DNA of 63,919 nucleotides from Pocillopora damicornis (Eukaryota): NCBI RefSeq assembly GCF_003704095.1, contig NW_020845351.1, positions 124,001 to 187,919 of the forward strand, read 5' to 3'. Shown piece by piece: positions 40,170 to 52,422 of this stretch (position 1 is its first letter; each line of letters starts with the position of its first letter). The notes under the pieces were generated by a model. It saw only the letters and a program-made list of their open reading frames with translations, ran no database searches and was not told where the DNA came from. The position numbers and the translations under genes were made by a program.

Positions 40170-40880
40170 TGCGTCCTAGTCATTTTCTTTCTACGTCGTG
40201 AAGGTTTTCTCGGAATCGGTCACCAAGTCGTCTTCCTGTTTCACCAATGTTATGCAATAGACGACATTGGTGGAGGTGCACGTGAAGTAATCAGTAATCG
40301 TAATGGCTCGTTTGGGACACAATATTTTCTCCACGTTATGAATGAAAGAACAAGTTTTGCACCGTGCGCGAGCGCATTTGAAAGTTCCGGGTTGGTCATT
40401 AGTTTGTGATGAACTTCTGACCAAAATGTTGCCTATGTTTTCCTCACGTTTAAGTAAGTAAATTGAAGTAATTTAAAGCTTTTAAGATTGATGGATTTTA
40501 CTAAGTGGTTGTGAGGGTGAAATGTAAAAAAAGAATGGAATGCGATGGGTATTTTCCTCTTGTGACGTTTGTAGTGCTGACTGTCGATCAATTTGTTGGG
40601 CGCGGAGGTGCCCACTTAAACGACAGAAATAGGATAGCCACGTTTTTCGAAAAACGGGCTCATTGCCTCTGATTGTTGAAAAAATCCGTTGTCTCTACAT
40701 AAACGACGAAGTGTAAGAAACTGAGAAAAGAGAATTAAATATTTGTCGGATGCGAAGATGAATATACAACAAGTAACTATGTGAGTACGTAGGTTTGTAG
40801 AACACGCCACTACATAAATCGTTGCGTTCGATTGAAACTTTGCTATAAAGTATCTTGATATACTCCCCACCACCGCAGTT
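40170..40880 (-). mobile_element. Degraded Penelope-like element (RT C-terminus plus GIY-YIG)
   Basis: YKPTYSHSYL, SQFLTLRRLC, FFEKRGYP, PGTFKCARARCKTC and FTCTSTNVVYCIT occur in shifted frames. Confidence 0.85.
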
Positions 40881-43660
40881 TCTTTGCAAACTTACCCTCT
40901 ATGTAACATATTTGTCATACAGATGAATATTGAGATGCAGTACACTAACCAAGCAAATACCGCAAGCAGTGATACCAATTTTTATATCCTGTGCTAATAG
41001 CATCAACACATAACGTCAAATACTCCTCTCTGACATTTAGATGATTGTACTTTGGCACACAGATAGGAACCCACGTGAATCAGAAAGCAGTAAATGAATA
41101 ATCGTTGACTTTCTTGTTGTATTTTTTCCTGTTTAGAAGCTCTCAATGAAGGTATTGCGAGGCAATAAGAATCACGAATTAAAGCTTTTTTTTTCGTCGC
41201 CTTCGTTGGTAATATGATGTCACAGCAGTTTTTGCAGTGTTATTTTAAATCATTCTGGCTGTGCTGTATCTTCTTAAAAAATATAGATTATGACTGAAAT
41301 AATAATAATAATTAATAATAATAATAATGATAATAATAAAGATACAAAAATAGAAAACACTATGGAAATTATCCACATTATTTTTGTTTTTTTTTTTTTT
41401 TGTTTTTCCTAATTTCGCTTTTCTATATTTGTTCTCTTTTGCATGGAACTGTTGATCACAGCCATTATGGAGTTGACATATAGATAATGACCTTATCTAA
41501 GGTAAAATACTGCAAATTCTGGGCACCGTGTCTACAAAGTTGAACAATGTTATCTCAAAGAAAACAACACCTCGGTTTTAGTTCGATGATATCAACGATA
41601 TTCCTTCACCTGATGTTTCGTGAAAAATTTTCACACGCATAACTTTTTTGGCTTAATTTCCACTAGTTATTAGCCATTCAAACATGCAAGCCCAAGTTAC
41701 TGGTGTACACCTGAACGGTGGGATTTAAGCTACTCCAAAAGTCGGAGATTTCCACTTAGAGATTAAAGTGCCACTACCTACAAGAGAAGGTAACTGTTTG
41801 ATCTGATCTATCATTTGGCGTTATTCTGTGCATTGGTTGGACTTAACAACGAAATTACCGCAGGTAAACAGGAACCGTTTTTTTCAGCCGACACCTTTGT
41901 CAAAGTACATGAGCGAACATTTATAGACAGGCGTGTATCACAGGCTCAAATAATTTCATATAAGTCCCATTTGGTGCTTCATAATCTCGTTCAATATTTG
42001 AAATGATGTTTACCAGCAATAACAAACCAATTTTTTTTGTCCAAGTAGGAGATAAAAATTATCGCAAGGCTCGTTTTAAGTGATTTCTTTGTGGCTTTAA
42101 AGCATACAGCTATCTATCGAAAAGGTTCAGCTTTCAAATTTTGTGTGTAAAACGTGTTCGAAAATGTTAAGAACACTTTCCAAACTTACAATAACAAAGA
42201 ACGACTGGCAAATCTTAAATCAAGCTTAATATAACCAAATAAAAACTTATTTATCACAGTTATTAATCTGGATCATTCTTTAAGATCTTTCCTCCATTTA
42301 TTAAATTTGTCTCACTTTATCTGAAGTTTCCTTTGGTGAGTTAGCTCAAAATAATTGGAATGCTTTCGAACACTGTGGGCAAAGCTGGTTTAATTCGATC
42401 ATTCCTCCCACTGATATTATGGATAACAGTCGGATTGAGTTATTGAAAGTGAACCTAGCTGCCAGGAATTGAAATTCAATGTTTGCTTCTTTACTATCAA
42501 GACAGATCAGATGGCGAATTAAGAGTCAAAACTCTGAAATTATTGTGTAAAATAGAAGCATGAAAGGGTTCACACCAACAGGCGCAGCAAAATCGGCAAC
42601 CGGCGCCCGACAAAGCATTGCTATACCACGTGCATACAAATTTGACATAACCTTTATAAAAAAGGGAAAATTTGAACGGTTTCTGACACGAAAAAGAGGA
42701 GAGCATGATTTTGTCTTCTCTGCAGCTTGTTTGTTTGTTTTACACACAAGGTAAAAGGATTAAATTGCCCTTGCCCAAATTTACCGATAATAACGGGTGG
42801 AGTGTTTCTCAATATGTTCTTTGATTATTATCACTGATAAAAGTTAATTGTTATATTGTTCATCGCAATTTGAAATTTTCCCATTGTATCCAGTATAATC
42901 GGTTGAGGTGGTAGAAATATCGTCGAGGCACCAAAGGTTGTCTCGGTGTTTTCTACAACTCTAGGCAAAAAAAAAGTTACTAGTCTCAGAAATACTCAAC
43001 CTAAACACCATTTAAAGATAAACTTCAATAATTTTTTATTTATACCGATAAACTTGACCGCGTCTCGAATGCTACCTCTATTCCAACATACCTTAGACTA
43101 ATCAACGCTCCAATTTTTTGCTCCCTCATAATTCAATCCGGTCTTGCGAGTAATTTTTGAAAGAGCCTCCTTGCATTGGCGGGATAGTATGAGCATCATA
43201 AAGATTAACTGATCACTGCATCAAATTTTCAAAGGAGGTGCACTTACTGAACCATGTTCAACATTTACTCACCCTCAGCGCAACAGTTAAGACGTGAAGC
43301 AACAGAAAATCAAACACGGGTTTGTAAAAGAAATTGTGACAAAAAAAAGAATTTGAAAAGTGCAACAATACAGTTACGCTGCCGACAAATAATATTCCTT
43401 TGCTTACTCCAGGTTAGCAATGCGGCGCACGAAGACATCGAAATATTCCACGTCCATCCTAACCTACATACTTTCAATTTTAACGCTCCCGTGCAGTTCA
43501 TCTGAGAAATCGAAGCCATGATGAGAACATTAACTGTCATTAAATCCCATATTACAGAGAGCTACAGGTAATAAGACCCACTTGGGACGAGAACAACTGT
43601 ATTTCGCAAGCCATTAGATGTTTTATTGGACAAACATTATATTTCAATAATATAGATTCT

Positions 43661-44048
43661 GTAGATAAAAAGAGAGAGAGATGGTAAGTTCTGAGCTTGG
43701 TAAAGAAATAGAGAAGGATGTTTTTCGTCTTGTCACGAGCGTGGGACAAAGAAAAATTTCTGAGTCCTCATGAGGAATCGAACCTCAGACCTTCGGATTC
43801 CGCGTTCCGATGCTCTACCACTGAACCAGAGACTTCACGGTAAGCGAGGTCTATTACGAAGTTCTTATGACACGCGTCCTGCATACTGCTAGGATCAGCA
43901 ATGTCGATAGCGTCATGTTCGTAGAAAGAAATAAGAGAGATGGTATGTTTTGAGCTCGGTAAAGAAATAGAGAAATATGTTTTTCGTCTTGTCACGAGCG
44001 TGGGACAAATTAAAAAAAATCGTGACAAGACGAAAAACATCCTTCTCT
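43661..44048 (-). repeat. tRNA-derived repeat (~260-bp unit, partial second copy, terminal inverted segment)
   Basis: tRNA-like 43833-43761 with A box TGGTTCAGTGG and B box GGTTCGATTCC but an irregular anticodon loop. 43661-43750 recurs at 43921-44009. 44021-44048 is an inverted copy of part of it. Confidence 0.75.
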
Positions 44049-44218
44049 GTTTACAACACCTTATTTTTAAAGAAAGCGCAGAGCTGAGGACAAGCTTTAG
44101 AGTTTCCTAAACTGTAATATATTTATTTGAATTCTGTGGCTTGCAGAATCGATAATATATTCAAATAAACCACTTAATACCACGATTAGTAGCTACATTT
44201 ATTATAAAATGGTCTTAC

Positions 44219-44416
44219 TTTGACAATTAATTTGGCAAGCATGGAGAGAACGAAAGTTGTTCTTGTTTCCAAAGCAACCACCGTAAATGAACTGGCAGCA
44301 TTTTCTAGTATACTTGTCGAAAATGTGTCGCTCAAAAGAAGCTCTTCATGGTCCAGGTTTTTCCGGCAGGTGGCAGACTTCCTTCACACTTGATCAATCT
44401 CTGTCAGCATTTAAGT
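44219..44416 (-). pseudogene. Fourth Kunitz exon with two in-frame TGA codons (pseudo-exon, truncating exon or recoded)
   Basis: 198 nt with intact cAG and GTAAG. Reads [64 protein letters not shown]. Confidence 0.8.
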
Positions 44417-44446
44417 CTGCCAAACCAAAATATATAAATAACTGTG

Positions 44447-44544
44447 CATGTATGAAAATCATACATGTGAGCTGCGGATTAAGAAATGAAATCGCTCTCA
44501 TACTCTTTTCTTAATTCGCACTTTACAGATATGATTTTCGTATA
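44447..44544. mobile_element. Degenerate inverted-repeat (MITE-like) insertion
   Basis: atgaaaatcatacatgtgagctgcggattaagaaa pairs imperfectly with tttcttaattcgcactttacagatatgattttcgt. Confidence 0.6.
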
Positions 44545-45055
44545 TTTAAAGTCATCTCTTCATTACTTTATAGATTTATTACGGGTTCATTCCTTTTGGG
44601 TAGCAGCTTATGATCGTGTAATCACATAAACTTAATTGTCAGACAAATAGTCCAAAAATACCCATTCTGATGGGGGGAAGGGGTGGGTCCTGACCACATG
44701 GATCCTCCTCCAGGATATGCAACTCTATCACTTAATGACAAAGAAATCGATCTCACATTGAGGAAAAGATATATGAATGATCAAGAACAATACACAAACT
44801 CAAAACTGTATGTTCAGTCTTCACTTACACCATGAATATGATGTAGGCTGGATTTTCATTTGTAACTAACGATTATACATATTCTTAGATTTGTGACGTT
44901 TTTAAGATCATTGTTAACTTCATACAGCTGTCGCCCAGAGAAAGCAAAGCTCCAAAGCTAAAATAAATTGATTGTCACGCGAAATGGTTTCCAAAATTGT
45001 TGAAATAAACTTCATACTACCATAAGTAGCCACATTTATTATAACATGATCTTAC

Positions 45056-46906
45056 TTGGGCATTTTGTTTGGCAAGCTTGGAGAGAAGGAAAGTTGTTCT
45101 TGTTTCCCAGGCAGCCACCGTAAATGAATTTCCGGCATTGTCCGATATTCGCGTCAAAAAAGAACCTTGGAAATGCAGCCCTGCATGGTCCAACCTCTTT
45201 GGGCTGACGGCAGGCTTCATTCAAATCTGAACAATCCTTTGCAGCATGTAGATCTACCAAAAAGGAAATGTACATAAATAAAATCCTCCAGCCACCAAAA
45301 CTGATGGCATCTAATTGCCCTGTGCGGTTTTCTCATATAAGTTAGTGATCAAATAGACCTTGATACCATAAGAAGTGGCTATATATATATCAAGGGAAAA
45401 AAAATGAAGGTCTTACTTGAGCATTTCATTCGACAAGCCTGGAGAGAACGAAAGTTGTTCTTGTTTCCTTGGCACCCGCCGTAAATGAACAGGCGGCATT
45501 GTCCGGTATTCGTATCAAAAAAGAATCGCGGAAATGCAGCCCTGCATGGTCCTGGCTCTTCGCGAAGACGGCAGACTTCATTCATACTTGAACGATCTTT
45601 TTCAGCTTGTACATCTACTATAAGGTGAAAATTGCGAGTTCAGGGTAATCATGTAATATGTAGGGTAAAGTTTGCACTTGAGCCACTAGACGACAGTGAC
45701 TATGGTCATCGTCATGAGGCTACCATAGGGATCAAGTTAGTGTCCATCCCTTACCCCTTCCCTTGTTCTGTGGTCGGGTGACAGCTAAGTTGTATGTACG
45801 AGGTATACTTAACAAGTTTACCAGAGACATCTTACAAATTACACTTGATTACGATGATTATACCAAGATTTTGACTATTTGATCAGTTGAGGGCGATCAT
45901 TAAGTGGCGAATCTTTACAGGAGGGAGCACTTTCCTATCACCCCTTGTGGACGACAACAACGGAGATGAAGAAGTTAGGCACAACGGTTATTACCCGCTG
46001 ATAATCAATCAGTACGTTCCTCTGATTTTATTTAATATTTTATGATAAATTTATTTTCCTTGTAGACTTCTCTCAGTTAATTCAGAACTTCCATTACAAG
46101 GAAGCCCAGAAAATTATAAACTTTAGAGTTACCCACACAGTAAAGTTTTGTTTAAAACTATGGTTGACAGGATCAGTAAGCCCCGGCAAAGATCCAAAGA
46201 AGCGCTCAAATGAATTTTGATACCATAATTAGTAGCTACATGGTCTTACCTGGACATTTCATTTGGCAAGCTTGGAGAGAACAAAAGTTGTTCTTGTTTC
46301 CTAAGCAACCACCGTAAATAAACGGCTTGCATTTTCTAGTATTCGCGTCATAAAAGTATCGCACAGAAGCATCCCAGCATGGTCCACGCTTTTTGGGCAG
46401 ACGGCAGACTTCCTCCAAACGTGAGTAATCTTTTTCAGCTTGCAAATCTACCAAAATGAAAAAGGTGCATGTTGAGGGTAATCGTGTAGTATATAATGCA
46501 TAGGGTTAATCATGGCCGAGCGGCCCGTCCAGCTGACAGTTATTCTGGTTTCGGACAACATTAGGATACTAGCAGTCGAGTTTGTGTCTATCAGGCTCCA
46601 CTTCTGTTGTCGAATGGATGGGATGGCTGTTAGATCGTATGTAAAAGGTATAAAACTGGTTTTAAAAAAAGCTATAAACGAGAAACTAGAGGAATCTTTC
46701 AAATTACATCGATCTCAGTCAGAGATTCACCAATTTTCTCCATCGAGTGACGCTGAGTGAAAATCACGACTGATATGATCAGGGCTAATGCAGACAACTA
46801 CCCCATTATTTAAAAGAGGTCTTGGAAAATAACGAAAGCAGTAATATCTACCTGTGAAAAAGAATACTAGGAACATGTATGCTGCAATAAATCCAGCCAG
46901 TTTCAT
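45056..46906 (-). CDS. Secreted multi-Kunitz (BPTI-type) protease inhibitor; exons 46906-46852, 46447-46250, 45614-45417, 45253-45056; last exon uncertain (candidate 43501-43464)
   Basis: Signal exon [18 protein letters not shown] ends G|GT. Three 198-nt phase-1 exons each have the six Kunitz cysteines, GPC and FIYGGCxGNKNNF. Confidence 0.92.
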
Positions 46907-48667
46907 CTTGCTCGTGGACTCTTTTAGGATTGACGATGACTTGCGATGCTTGATATGTGACTCGCAGCTAAGAAGAGAAATTAGCTTATATCACTCCTGA
47001 CGGCTAGGCCGACAGCGGCGTTAATCAAGGTCATCAATGGAAAGGTTACCACTTTATCTGTTTATGGTGACGATGTTTTAGTCAGCTTAGTTCGCACGAA
47101 AAGTTACTTCTGACCGAAAAATACTTCCTTTGATCAGGAGGTCACTGTTGTGACGTGATAGAGTGGGTGAACTTATGACTACTAAACAAACATGATCAGA
47201 TTCTATTTTGGCTCAAAACGCGTGACTTTTATGACCTGCCGCATAATGGGGGGTATTAAGTGCATAAGACCCTGCAAGAGGATCAAAGTAATTAACAATG
47301 TTTTAAATCTGGTATGGAAAGCATCTTAATGGGCTAAATTGCATTGTTTGGGCAAGAAACGTGAATGAAAGGTGTCTCTTGAGGGTGACGTGGAGTTAGA
47401 GAAATCAGGAAAAGAATTTAAGAATTTACGTGTTCAAAGTGAAAGGTGCTATTATCAAATCTTCAAGTGAGCGTAAGGCTCGATATGTGACACACAAGAA
47501 CCGATGAAATGAGCAAGTTGTGAAAACTCTATCAGAACTTGTGTCTTACAAAAAGGATTTCTCAGATCCAATTGCCTCTCATAGTTTGACTCACTATTTA
47601 ACGTTCAATCTAACGCATTGGAATTACTAAACTATTCTTGATTTTCGATGAATAAAGCGTGCTCTGATTGCGTGGTCTGGTGAGTATTGACGTGTGCTTA
47701 AAACATGCTTTAGCCGATTAAGGATATAGGTTATTTAAAGTTCGGCCTCCTACCAGGTTAAAATGCTGCCAAAAAATAATCAGATAACAAATTCATTCCC
47801 TATTGCAAAGGGGAAACGTCAAAGAACCAGCTAAATCTTGAATATTCCACCAACTGCCGCTGCTTGACAACATTGTTGTGGTAGAAAGGTATGAAACAAA
47901 TAAAAACAAAACAGAGCAAAACAAAAAATTTTATCACAGGCTATCAAATGCCTTTAAAAGGACCTTATCACGGTCAAGCCTCGAAACAAACATGTAATTA
48001 CCTTTTTCGATGTTACTTGTCAACTGTCTGGCGATGTAAGGTCCGGCTGAACCCTCCATTTCATCAACTTTTTTTGTTTTTTGTTTTAAACCTAAAGTTC
48101 GGTAAGATTTTGTTGGGTATATAAGCATGAAAAATATAAGAAAGCTCTTCAAGTAAAAGTAAGCTGTTCAACATAGACGAAAGCTCTTTCTACTCTCGAA
48201 CCCGAATGAGTTTAGCTGTATCCATCTCTTTCACAACGTCATTTAATATCCATGCTTTCGTATTTTCCCTTCAAAGAAAAAAAATTGGCAAAAAATGGCA
48301 TCCGTACAAAATATTCTCCAATGAAGTTTAGTGTACGTTCTGACATTGTAAAGTTTGTTATATTTCTGTTGCAAACTCGTTGGCGAAATAGCTCAGCGTT
48401 TTCCAGTTGCAGAGGAAAGGTATGCAAAGGGAAAGTATTTACCGCCGTGTATTTACATTTCTCTTAATTTAATGGAAAGTTTTGGGTTGATGGAAGAAAT
48501 CATTGAATATTAACCAAATGTCAACTTACTGAATTTGTAATGAAACAGCTTTGGAAAGGTTTCATCACATAATTTAAGATAAAAATAATAACTGAACCAT
48601 AAGTCTTGCCCAAAATGAACGAAAATAGCCAAAGTCTTTTCCTGTTTCCTCCTTTTTTCCCAAGGAC

Positions 48668-49147
48668 TTAGTAAAAACTAGACGTATATGTGCGTTCACC
48701 TGGGCTTTCTTTGTAAATAAACTTTGTTTTTTTCTGCTTGCATTTGCCTAAGTTTTTTTTTAATGCAATTATTGGTTTATCCTTTCTGCTCTTGTTCCTT
48801 AGCCTTTTCAAACTTCGTACTGGTATTCTGCTTGGTTCACAATCACGTCTACATGCACGATGAGATTTGCGTCTATGCTTCTCTCGATTAACATTAGATA
48901 GCTCAGTTGATATAGCATGTTTCTCGATGAAGGGTTCACTCATAAATGTTCGCTCATAAAGAGATCTCTCATAAGGTTCGCGGACCGACCCGTTCCGAAA
49001 ACGCTCGACATCTCTTAGAGTGGGTCTACCGCGAATGATGTGTGCATATTTTGTACGCGTTTTTAGCGTATTATACGCAGTGTCTGTGCTGATTTTGCAC
49101 CGCGAAAGCTTCTCTCCGTCTGCCATTACACCATGCCACGTGCTCAT
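48668..49147 (-). CDS. Possible 159-aa basic ORF of unknown function
   Basis: ATG-initiated, unusually long for this AT-rich DNA and Lys/Arg-rich. No domain recognised. Confidence 0.25.
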   Translation of the reverse strand: MSTWHGVMADGEKLSRCKISTDTAYNTLKTRTKYAHIIRGRPTLRDVERFRNGSVREPYERSLYERTFMSEPFIEKHAISTELSNVNREKHRRKSHRACRRDCEPSRIPVRSLKRLRNKSRKDKPIIALKKNLGKCKQKKTKFIYKESPGERTYTSSFY

Positions 49148-49274
49148 TAGTCAAAACGTCGCCCATACGTCAAAGTCAAAGGTTACGCATGCGTGATTTG
49201 GACTTGACTGCGATTTGCGACCGAACGAAAAAAAATCCAAGCCGGAATTTCAACTTGGGCGTTTCCTTTGGGAA

Positions 49275-49440
49275 GCCGGAGTAATTACAGCCCACACACA
49301 AAAATTCATAAACCACACTCGCACGTAAATCTGTCAGACAATTTTCAGCCATGTTGCAATATGTTTTCACAATGATTTTAGTCCCTTAAGTCACGTTTCC
49401 AGCAGTTTCCAACGTAAGAACAAATAATCTTTACTTTTGA
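49275..49440 (-). mobile_element. Short Penelope-like GIY-YIG fragment
   Basis: LRASVVYEFLCVGCN resembles the start of the PLE endonuclease. Confidence 0.4.
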
Positions 49441-50939
49441 ATGAGAGCAACCCAATTTTTAAATCATCAACTGTTACCAGCTGTTAATTTAAAAACTTTC
49501 TATCTGACACAGTTTCGTTTTGACCCCGTTTGTGCTTGTATCAATTTGCGGTTGTGTAACACTATTCAACTCTGTATTTTTTTTTTGGTTTGAACTGAAG
49601 AGGATAGAAGAACTATGGAAATATATGTTTTTCAAAATAAAAATGTTGAGCCAATAATAAATTGAAATGACCGTTTAAGTACCTTGATTTCCTATCAGAT
49701 CTGTCGTAAGTTTTTTTCAAAGCTTCATCTGACCCTCATAATCATTACTAAAAATAACGTGGGATTACGTGATCTTACCAAAACCACTCTAAAAAGACAC
49801 TGAAGTCTGCCTGTTAGGAAAAATGAAACAGTTTGAGGTGCATCTTTGTAGTTCACTTAGAAACTGCGTATCTACAGCTGTCTCCGGGTAAATCTTGTGA
49901 CAAAAAAATCTTTCCTTAAACAATATACATAAAGCTGGAGGGAATTCTCAGACTTCATCATTTTCTTTCACAAGGTGGATAATTTTTGTTTTAATTGGTA
50001 CTACATCATGACTGCACGACTATCGCTAATCGTAGAATCGAAATTTTAGAGACTTAAAGCAAACCACGATGGCAAAGTCAACGACAACTAGGCAATTAAA
50101 ACGAAAGATCTCAGTTATGTGCAGATCAATAGTTGAACACGCTCGTTTAACAACTTTTTACATTTCTCAGCCGGCTTCTGAAAAACAAAACTGAAATCAC
50201 AAAAGTTTGTGTGGTCTGAAAACAAAAAACCCCGATGGCAAATTATTCATTTGGAACTCAAGGCTACTGAGTTTCGCAATTTGTTACAACAAAGGTATGC
50301 TCTTGATTACGGCAACGAAGTTAATTCTGATTGCTTTCTGCCAAGATATTTATATTTTTTTGGAATCAAGAATAGAAACCTAAATGACTCCAGCCTTAAT
50401 CCAAACGCTCCTTTTTAATTTCCTCTTAAATCTTTATTTAATCAATTGCAACGTAAGAGGCCAGAACCCTGCAAAACATCATGCATTTCCCGCGCAAAAA
50501 TTGGTTATGTGAAGGTTTCATCCATGAAGTTTGGAAGCGAAAACAAGCATGGGATGGTAAAGACCTATCCAAGTATACTGCTATATCTATTTTTTCCATT
50601 TTTTTTTAATTAAATAAGATAGCACAGTATTAAATTATACTAGAATTAGAAATTATTTCAAAAACAGCTTTATCTTTTATTTGACTTTTAGCAATCCTGT
50701 AATATATTGGCTCTTTCCCTCTCATAATTCCTATATATGCTATTTTACCTTATCGTTAGGTATAATGATATAGATATTATATAATTAGTTATAACGAGTA
50801 AGATTTCCCGAGTAATGTTTTTAATTGCATATTCATGTTTCATCGCATATCTCGTCATTTTCTTTGTGAATTTCTACTTGTGCAAATTTCCAAGAGTTAA
50901 TACAAGGAAGTGTTTTTAGAACATTATTGTGATGTTATG

Positions 50940-52211
50940 TTATTTCATATAAGCCAGTTTTTCGTAACCGAGCATATGCATAAGATCACCACAATTATCT
51001 TCGACAACTTTGATTAAATTCATAGGAGCGTTTTTCCAGTTATCTATAACTTCTGAGACATTTCTGTAGAGCGAGTAAGGGCCTTGTTGTTCAGCATCCC
51101 TCGGTGGTCTATTGTGATCATTTATCCACTCTTCAACGCTTGCCGACCACTCAAATCGCGCAAATTTGTACAGCTCCTGTGATATTATGATGGCATTGTT
51201 TATAAGGTCTTCGTAACGAATGACTTTAAAACGACCTCTAAGCCAGGAAGGGGGAGTAGACAAACCAAATCGTAAGTTGTTGACTGTTCTATTACACATT
51301 CTACCAACATACAATGAGAAATCTTTACTTAAATATGTCTCATTTAACCATTTAACTGACTGAACCACGGAGTAAATTATAGCCCTAGGATCACGAACCA
51401 AGTGAAGCAACCTCACGTCATGGCTTTCCCGCCGTACAAGAAGCTTCTGTAAATTTGCTATGCTATCGTTCGGTACACGACCAATCAAAATTTTTACAAC
51501 GGTATGATTATGAGCGTTACAAATATTTTTAAGCATCGCATGTGAGAGGGGCAGACAACTCGACGAACGGTTAAGATGTGCTAATGCTGGGGGACACAAG
51601 AATCGACTTGCAAGTGCTGAACTGGCCCAACGTGAGTCATCCTTGGAATACTCGGCTATTGTATTATTGTTAAGGACTGTGAAATCACATTTAAAAGTGC
51701 TTTCGATTACATTGATACAATCATTCTTATAACTAAGTATTTGTTTGTCACTCGACAGATTGTCGTGAAATAAGTTCTTCTGCACAACGCGTAATGGCTC
51801 AAACCAATACATGATCTTTGAATTACTGTCGAATAATTTTCCGAGAAAAGATGATCCTGATCTGGGAGGACTTAAAATAATCAAATTTCTCCTGGGAGTT
51901 CGCGTCAGAGTTCCTGCATGTTTCTCATCTGTCTTTCCGTCGATCCGTGATTCAGTGATTTTCCTAAGCAATGCTGATTCGTGTTCTTTGCCATTGGACT
52001 GAAGATCTTGTCTATTTTCTGCTTTTGTGATTTCATCTTTTCGTTCAAGCTCACGTTCGCCGTTTATATTGAAATCTTGGTCTATCGGGATCTTCTGTGT
52101 AAGAACTGAGTACAGCGGTTTTCTTGGTAACATGGCTGCCAAGCAGTAAAAAGCATAGATAGAAAAGGCAGCGAAAGAAGTAAATAGAAACAATCGTACA
52201 TAATACTTCAT
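50940..52211 (-). CDS. Golgi type II carbohydrate sulfotransferase, Gal/GalNAc/GlcNAc-6-O (CHST1/3/5/6-like) family, 423 aa, single coding exon
   Basis: N-terminal TM (LFLFTSFAAFSIYAFYCLAAML), 5'-PSB PPRSGSSFLG, YWFEP, 3'-PB LVRDPRAIIYS and IRYEDL. A splice acceptor at 52232-52231 lies just before the ATG. Confidence 0.93.
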   Translation of the reverse strand: MKYYVRLFLFTSFAAFSIYAFYCLAAMLPRKPLYSVLTQKIPIDQDFNINGERELERKDEITKAENRQDLQSNGKEHESALLRKITESRIDGKTDEKHAGTLTRTPRRNLIILSPPRSGSSFLGKLFDSNSKIMYWFEPLRVVQKNLFHDNLSSDKQILSYKNDCINVIESTFKCDFTVLNNNTIAEYSKDDSRWASSALASRFLCPPALAHLNRSSSCLPLSHAMLKNICNAHNHTVVKILIGRVPNDSIANLQKLLVRRESHDVRLLHLVRDPRAIIYSVVQSVKWLNETYLSKDFSLYVGRMCNRTVNNLRFGLSTPPSWLRGRFKVIRYEDLINNAIIISQELYKFARFEWSASVEEWINDHNRPPRDAEQQGPYSLYRNVSEVIDNWKNAPMNLIKVVEDNCGDLMHMLGYEKLAYMK

Positions 52212-52422
52212 AATTGACTGCGCTCTGGCTCTAAGAAGACAAAAAAAGGACAAGCAATGTTTAACATAACCCAAGTGTAACAAACTAACTGTTAAACTAT
52301 ACAACTGATAACGTGTCTACGCAGCTACAAATGACAAAAAAAATTGAAATTTTTACGGCCGAATTTTACAAGCAATTTGCTCAAACCAATTGTGTACAAA
52401 AAAAATTAAAATACTGTTCTAC

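Noticed and set aside
42497-42754. Cys-rich short ORFs as a further Kunitz-gene exon
   Set aside because: No Kunitz spacing and no polypyrimidine acceptor.
43761-43833. Functional tRNA gene
   Set aside because: It has an 8-nt anticodon loop and is embedded in a repeat unit.
52212-52304. N-terminal extension of the sulfotransferase ORF
   Set aside because: Non-ATG start that spans a polypyrimidine tract and acceptor; ATG 52211 gives normal type II topology.
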